A DNA stretch of 51,916 nucleotides. Source: Chiloscyllium plagiosum. Taxonomy: Eukaryota. Below, piece after piece: positions 46,561 to 51,916 of this stretch. The notes beneath the pieces were generated by a model. That model ran no database searches and was not told the origin of the DNA. It worked only from the letters and a program-made list of their open reading frames with translations. The number at the start of each line of letters is the position of its first letter. Position 1 is the stretch's first letter. The stretch lies in contig NC_057718.1 of assembly GCF_004010195.1 (NCBI RefSeq), forward strand, positions 14,525,578-14,577,493, given 5' to 3'. Both the position numbers and the translations under genes were made by a program.

Positions 46561-48774
46561 CATGCAGAATAGTTCAGTCTAAAGACTAATGTCACACCAC
46601 ACCCAAATTATTCTTCCAATTGTGAAAAAATACTACTGAAGCCAGGAGTATAATAGGTGTGAAACAGCAGAGAGACAAATTCCACTCTTAAAACAGCCAA
46701 ATCATTGCCAAAGCTGAGGAATGAAGAGCCAACAAGAGAAAACTTGTGTGGCAACTTGGGACCTGTGTTGAGAAATTGTAACCTCAACCGTACATGATAA
46801 ACATGAACAACCAGATATGTGAATATGACCGCAGTCATCTACATTCAACCAGAGAACCTGTGTCTTCACTACAGGCAGCTGCTCAGGAAGGTACAATCGC
46901 CAGCACAGAAACCAGCATCATTCCTCAAGGTCCACCATTCCTTAGCATCAGAAATGGATCAGCAAGAACAGTAAGCATGGCATTAACATTGCCAGAGGAA
47001 CTCAGAGAAAGATCACCACCCTAGGAATGAGCATACATCAGATGGGCAGCCAATGACAATGTGTAATTGTAGCACTATGAGACCTGTACAGTTTAAAGAC
47101 TATGTATGCAACGTTGATGAAAATGGATCTGATTGGAGCTACCATACTCTTTTGTTAATTAACATTAATTTTCGATGTGACCATATAATATTGGGTAATC
47201 TGCAATAACTTGTAACTGCAGTTGACGGTGCATATGAATTTCTTTATGAAGAGGGTTGTTTCAAAAAAGCAATTGTATTCAGCATACAAGTTGGCTTACT
47301 GTAGTCATGTGACCTCTGTAAGTACCTCTGTAACAGCCATTAAACACAAGCACTTTAAACAAGGACACATAAACCGAGGGAACAAAGTGATGCACATTTA
47401 TAGAGAGATGTTTAATGTACACAAGACAGAACAGAGTGAAAACATCTCAGCCAGCCGTATACAAAGTATATGAAAAGGTAAGGGGGGGGAACAAAAGGAA
47501 ATAAAGAAGACTTTTATAGTCAGACCTTCTATAGATCAAATTGTAGAATGATTTACGCTGGCTTTTGCATTTTTGTAGATGAAGTCAGCTCTTTCTATCT
47601 GATGGAACAGTCCCATGAGAACAAAATGTTACAGAAGGTGAGGGGAAGAGAAAGAGAAAGTTAGAGAAAGAGAAAAATGGTGAGAGAGAGTTAGAATGAA
47701 AGGAAGAAATCCTTGAGTAAAAGGAAAGGGAGATAAAGGAAAGAGTGAGTGAGAGAGAAAGGCATCAAGGGTGTGTCTGACAGCAGGGCACAAATCAGTC
47801 AACACAGTGACTCACGACTGTTTATTGCAAAATTCATACAGTACATCTCATTTCCATGCCATAATGAGAAATGAAATATTTTCAGTGTATGCACTTCAAA
47901 TTGTTCCCTGGTGCACAGAATGCCTGAAGGTTTCCAAAGGCAGTGCTTTACACAGCAGCTGCCTGCCTCCTTCCTTCCTTCCTTCCCTCTCAAAGTGACA
48001 TTGTGCAGAAACATAACGAGAGCTGTGGAGGGAAGGGGAAGGGGAGATGAAGGAGGGGAAGGTGCTGTATCATGCCTGTGGACAGTTATCCTTCAATCCC
48101 AAAAGGCTGTGTGTATATGCGTGGAGCAAAATGAACATGAACGCAGATTAAAAATGTCACAAATGGGTCACGGACTTGTAAATAAGCTGTCAGTTATTAA
48201 GTGAGATCAAATTAACGCATCGCAGTGAACACTTCATCACTGTTCATGTGCAAGAATAGATTCTATGTCGGTAACAGACCCGCTGAAGATTAGCCCACAG
48301 CACACTTTATACAAAGGGTATGAATCCAGCAGTTGATGAGGGTGGGGTGGGGGGAACAGGATGGGGTAAAATCAAAGGTTGAGGTGAAAGCCAAGTGGGG
48401 TGGGGTGAAGATCATAGTGAAAGATTTTGAAATGACTCTCAGGACAAGGAAGTGTTCTCAACCTAATGAAGTTATCTCTGAAAATTCCCGTCTTCTGATC
48501 ATCTCAGTGTGCAATTTACTGGGAAAATGTCCGGCCCCTTAATGTGTCTTTCCCGTTTTAATTATTCTGTTGTTGGTGGCACTGCCTTCCATTGTCAAGA
48601 CCTAAAGCTTTGCAATTCTACCCCTCCATCTTCCTCCTGTGACACACCCATCTGACCTCTTGGTTTGGCACCAAACTTTGACTCCAATTTTCCTGTGAAG
48701 CACATTGCGACATTTCATTATGTTAAAGGTGGTACAGAAATACAACGATTAATTATTTATCTCTGAATGATTTA

Positions 48775-49170
48775 TGATTTGTTTATTTATTGTCACTTGC
48801 ATTTTACAGTGAATAATAGTGAAAAGTTTCAACAGCCACCACAATCCGGCACCATTTTGAATAGTTTAAGAATAGCAAGGATAAAATATATAACTGAAAA
48901 AGAATCCTGAGCCCAGAGTCAACTTACTAACAACATCTGTGCTGCCGCGCCTCACGGCAGACCCACCAACATAGGACTTGCCATCTCTTTGCCACTGGGC
49001 CCACCTCACCACTGCCGATGCCAGGTCCTGTGCTGAGCCCACATTCATCCCATATCCAATAGCCCCCAGCTCTGCTGCCACCTTGCTAATGCCAGGAGTC
49101 CCTGCTCTGGGCATACTGTAACCAGGAGACCCTGCCTCCACTGCCAGGCCATGCAGTTGTTGTTGATGTT
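48775..49170 (-). mobile_element. Probable non-autonomous retroelement with a Rex-like tail
   Basis: Minus strand ends aaacttttcact...cactgtaaaatgcaagtgacaataaataaac, similar to the Rex-like tails elsewhere in the window. Confidence 0.45.
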
Positions 49171-50365
49171 CAATTTGCCTGGACCATTGGGATGTAATTG
49201 CTATTTTTCTCTCCATTACATTCCTCCATTGCTCCTTTCCTGAAGATTTATGTCTGATACCTCACTGAGTTGCTAACTTTCACATATTAGAAAGGACAAT
49301 AACAACAAAGGGCCATTAATTCCCAGGCCATTAATTCCCAGACCATGAATTCCAAGCCTAACTCTATCCTCATCCAACACAAATACACACTCAAGAAATG
49401 AGTAGCAGATGGTAGAACACAGTAACTTTAAGAAACATAAGCAAATCATTTGGCCCATTGTGTCTGTATGTTTCTTGAAGATCAATTTGCATAGTCTCAT
49501 TTTCTAACTTTTCCTGGTATAATTTCAAACATTTTCTTCCTCAAATGAATATCCATTCTTCTGAGCAAATACCGATTCCGCTCTCCCCCACATTTATGGT
49601 ATGGTAGTTTATGTTCTAAAAGCTCCCCTCCTTTTGATAGTTTAAATTATGCCTGGACAGAATCAGGTGCCAGTCAATACTCCTCACAACTTCCATTGCT
49701 TCAATGAAATCTCCCTGCTTTCGTGAACAGGTTTCCCTGTTCCTTCAAATCTCATCCCAGACTTTAATACAAAATACAATTTCTGGACACCTTTCATTTT
49801 CATTCTGCGGATTATGGACGCCTGAGTTTTGCTTGATACAGAGTTAACTATTTACATACAGAAATGCTCATAAGTGTGTAATCCTGTTAGTATTTTATAC
49901 CTGATTTAATGATTATCCACAACAGATGACTTGTGATCATTTGTTTTATTTGTTTGATTACAATTTGACACCGACCTTCATGATGACTTGTCAATAAACT
50001 GATCCTGCATCTGATTGGCTATTGTCATATTTGTGAAGTTCTTTTGCATTGTTTCCATGGTCCAATTGACATTCAAAAGCAGGGCTTCCAATTTTGGCCA
50101 TAATATTCTAACCAGAACCTGATTAATGATTTGTCTCTTACAGATATAGTACTACCACATTACATTTGTGTTCCACGCTTCTATTTAACAACATTGCATT
50201 TCATTACATGCAATTACCATTAATTGTGTACTTCCTTCACTTCATATTTCTTGCAAAATTTCGTTTCTACACCAGACATTCCAGCTGACATCAATCTGCC
50301 AGTTGCTGAACTTAATGATCATGACCATTTTTATCTGTGCTCTCTGCCATCTGCCTATGGGTTAG

Positions 50366-50890
50366 TCATAGAGTCATAGAGATGTACAGCACAGAAACAG
50401 ACCCTTCGGTCCAACCCGTCCATGCCGACCAGATATCCCAACCCAATCTAGTCCCACCTGCCAGCACCCGGCCCATATCCCTCCAAACCCTTCCTATTCA
50501 TATACCCATCCAGATGCCTTTTAAATATTGCAATTGTACCAGCCTCCGCCACGTCTTCTGGCAGCTCATTCCATACACGTACTACCCTCTGCGTGAAACA
50601 GTTTCCCCTTACGTCTCTTTTATATCTTTCCCCTCTCACTCTGAACCTATGCCCTCTAGTTCTGGACTCCAAGGGAAAAGACTTTGTCTATTTATCCCAT
50701 CCATGCCCCTCATGATTTTATAAACCTCTATAAGGTCACCCCTCAGCCTCCGGCGGTCCAGGGAAAACAGCCCCAGCCTGTTCAGCCTCTCCCTATAGCT
50801 CAAATCCTCCAACCCTGGCAATATTCTTGTAAATTGTTTCTGAACCCTTTCAAGTTTCACAACATCTTTCCGATAGGAAGGAGACCAGAA
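50366..50890 (-). mobile_element. HER1/CR1 LINE 3' fragment (young)
   Basis: FWSPSYRKDVVKLERVQKQFTRILPGLEDLSYRERLNRLGLFSL. Highly similar to 25062-25590. Confidence 0.93.
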
Positions 50891-51492
50891 TGACCAGGAT
50901 GGTCCAGTTGGAGCTGACCAATCACAGGTGGAAACTTTCATTTGACGTGAAAAATGTTGGTTTTAGACTCCTGGGTGTCAACATCGATCCCTCAACTGAG
51001 AATCTGGACGGCGTAGTGATAATGTCACTGCAGTTGCAATGGGCTGATACTTTGGGAGTATGGGCTCAAATCCCAGGCAGCTGGTTGAATCTAAATTCAG
51101 ACAATAACAATCAGGAATTAACAGCAATTTTCAGGAATTGTGACCATGAAATTATCACTGATTGCTGTAAAAACCCATCTGGGTAGGGGAGGAAATCTGC
51201 CATCCTTACCTGCCTGACGTGACTCCAGACCCCCAGTAAAACTGATTAACTAGCAAGCCACTCAGCTCAAGGACAATCAGGGATGGGCAACAAATGCTAG
51301 CCTGACTAGTGAAAACTACATCCCATGAAAAACAAACCTTTTGAAAAAATCAATTAAAGCAAAAACAACTTGCCTGGCATTAAGCCATTGCTGTAGGAGT
51401 TTGCTGCGCACAAATTGAATGTAAATGTCCAATATTCTAGTGGACATCTCATTTAAAACATCTATGCAACAGGCTGCAAAAAGCTTTTCTAG

Positions 51493-51916
51493 AACATAGA
51501 AGAATACAGCGCAGTACAGGCCCTTTGGCCCTCGATGTTGCGCCGATCCAAGCCCACCTAACCTACACTAGCCCACTATCGTCCATATGCCTATCCAATG
51601 CCCGCTTAAATGCCCATAAAGAGGGAGAGTCCACCACTGCTACTGCCAGGGCATTCCATGAACTCACGACTCGCTGAGTAAAGAATCTACCCCTAACATC
51701 TGTCCTATACCGACCACCCCTTAATTTAAAGCTATGCCCCCTCATAATAGCTGACTCCATACGTGGAAAAAGATTCTCACTGTCGACCCTATCTAAACCC
51801 CTAATCATCTTGTACACCTCTATCAAGTCACCCCTAAACCTTCTTTACACCATTGAAAACAACCCCAAGTGCCTCAGCCCTTCCTCATACGATCTTCCTA
51901 CCATACCAGGAAACAT
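51493..51916 (-). mobile_element. CR1 LINE 3' end, different subfamily, runs off the window
   Basis: MIEVYKMIRGLDRVDSENLFPRMESAIMRGHSFKLRGGRYRTDVRGRFFTQRVV and ttctatgttct tail. Confidence 0.9.

Larger units (their letters stand above)
41180..47361 (+). mobile_element. Decayed Ty3/Gypsy LTR retrotransposon, Mag-like (gag with two Zn knuckles, RT, RNase H, integrase), with nested insertions
   Basis: PBS-like tggtatca at 41281. Gag DRSVLGIRDSAMRTHLLRQEKANLKEATNMCR (~41790-41890) and CSNCKRLDHFAHKC (~42110-42152). RT GKLRECIDQNDLSKA, YPMATIE, MPFGR, MLFGIPITPEEIQCRQ, NYLAK. Integrase VMSDNGLQFT (~46177-46206). End-of-pol FKDYV. Purine tract gaagaggg before ~47257. LTR 3' ends are homologous (aagtcttctgtagccattaagctcatatcacttgcagca vs aagtacctctgtaacagccattaaacacaagcactttaaaca). 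Confidence 0.85.

Noticed and set aside
49311..49358. 15-bp tandem repeat x3 (ccattaattcccagg)
   Set aside because: Simple local slippage with no further structure.

Overview
Eukaryotic, repeat-dense intronic DNA, almost certainly from an elasmobranch (shark), judging by HE1-type SINEs, HER1/CR1 LINEs and DeuSINE-like repeats. The only host coding sequence I can support is two minus-strand exons of the lysine methyltransferase gene SMYD3 (34757-34844, 88 nt; 27280-27454, 175 nt), both missed by the ORF track. They are joined by a 7.3-kb intron with U12 (minor spliceosome) signals: 5' site GTATCCTG and branch site TTCCTTAAC close to the AG. The rest is intron filled with decayed retroelements: many CR1/HER1 fragments, several SINE families, a TSD-bounded Penelope-like element (RT + GIY-YIG, 6652-10429) and an old Mag-type Gypsy LTR element (~41180-47361) carrying four nested insertions. 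The most striking system is a set of short palindromic Penelope-derived elements with 13-17 bp target-site duplications. They fall into three families, each carrying a minimal type-I hammerhead ribozyme core with covarying stems, often one copy on each strand. One insertion captured an inverted copy of its own target DNA. Several repeat-free, TAAT-rich islands are candidate conserved non-coding enhancers. Repeat family names come from memory of consensus sequences, not from a database search, and most repeat boundaries are approximate.
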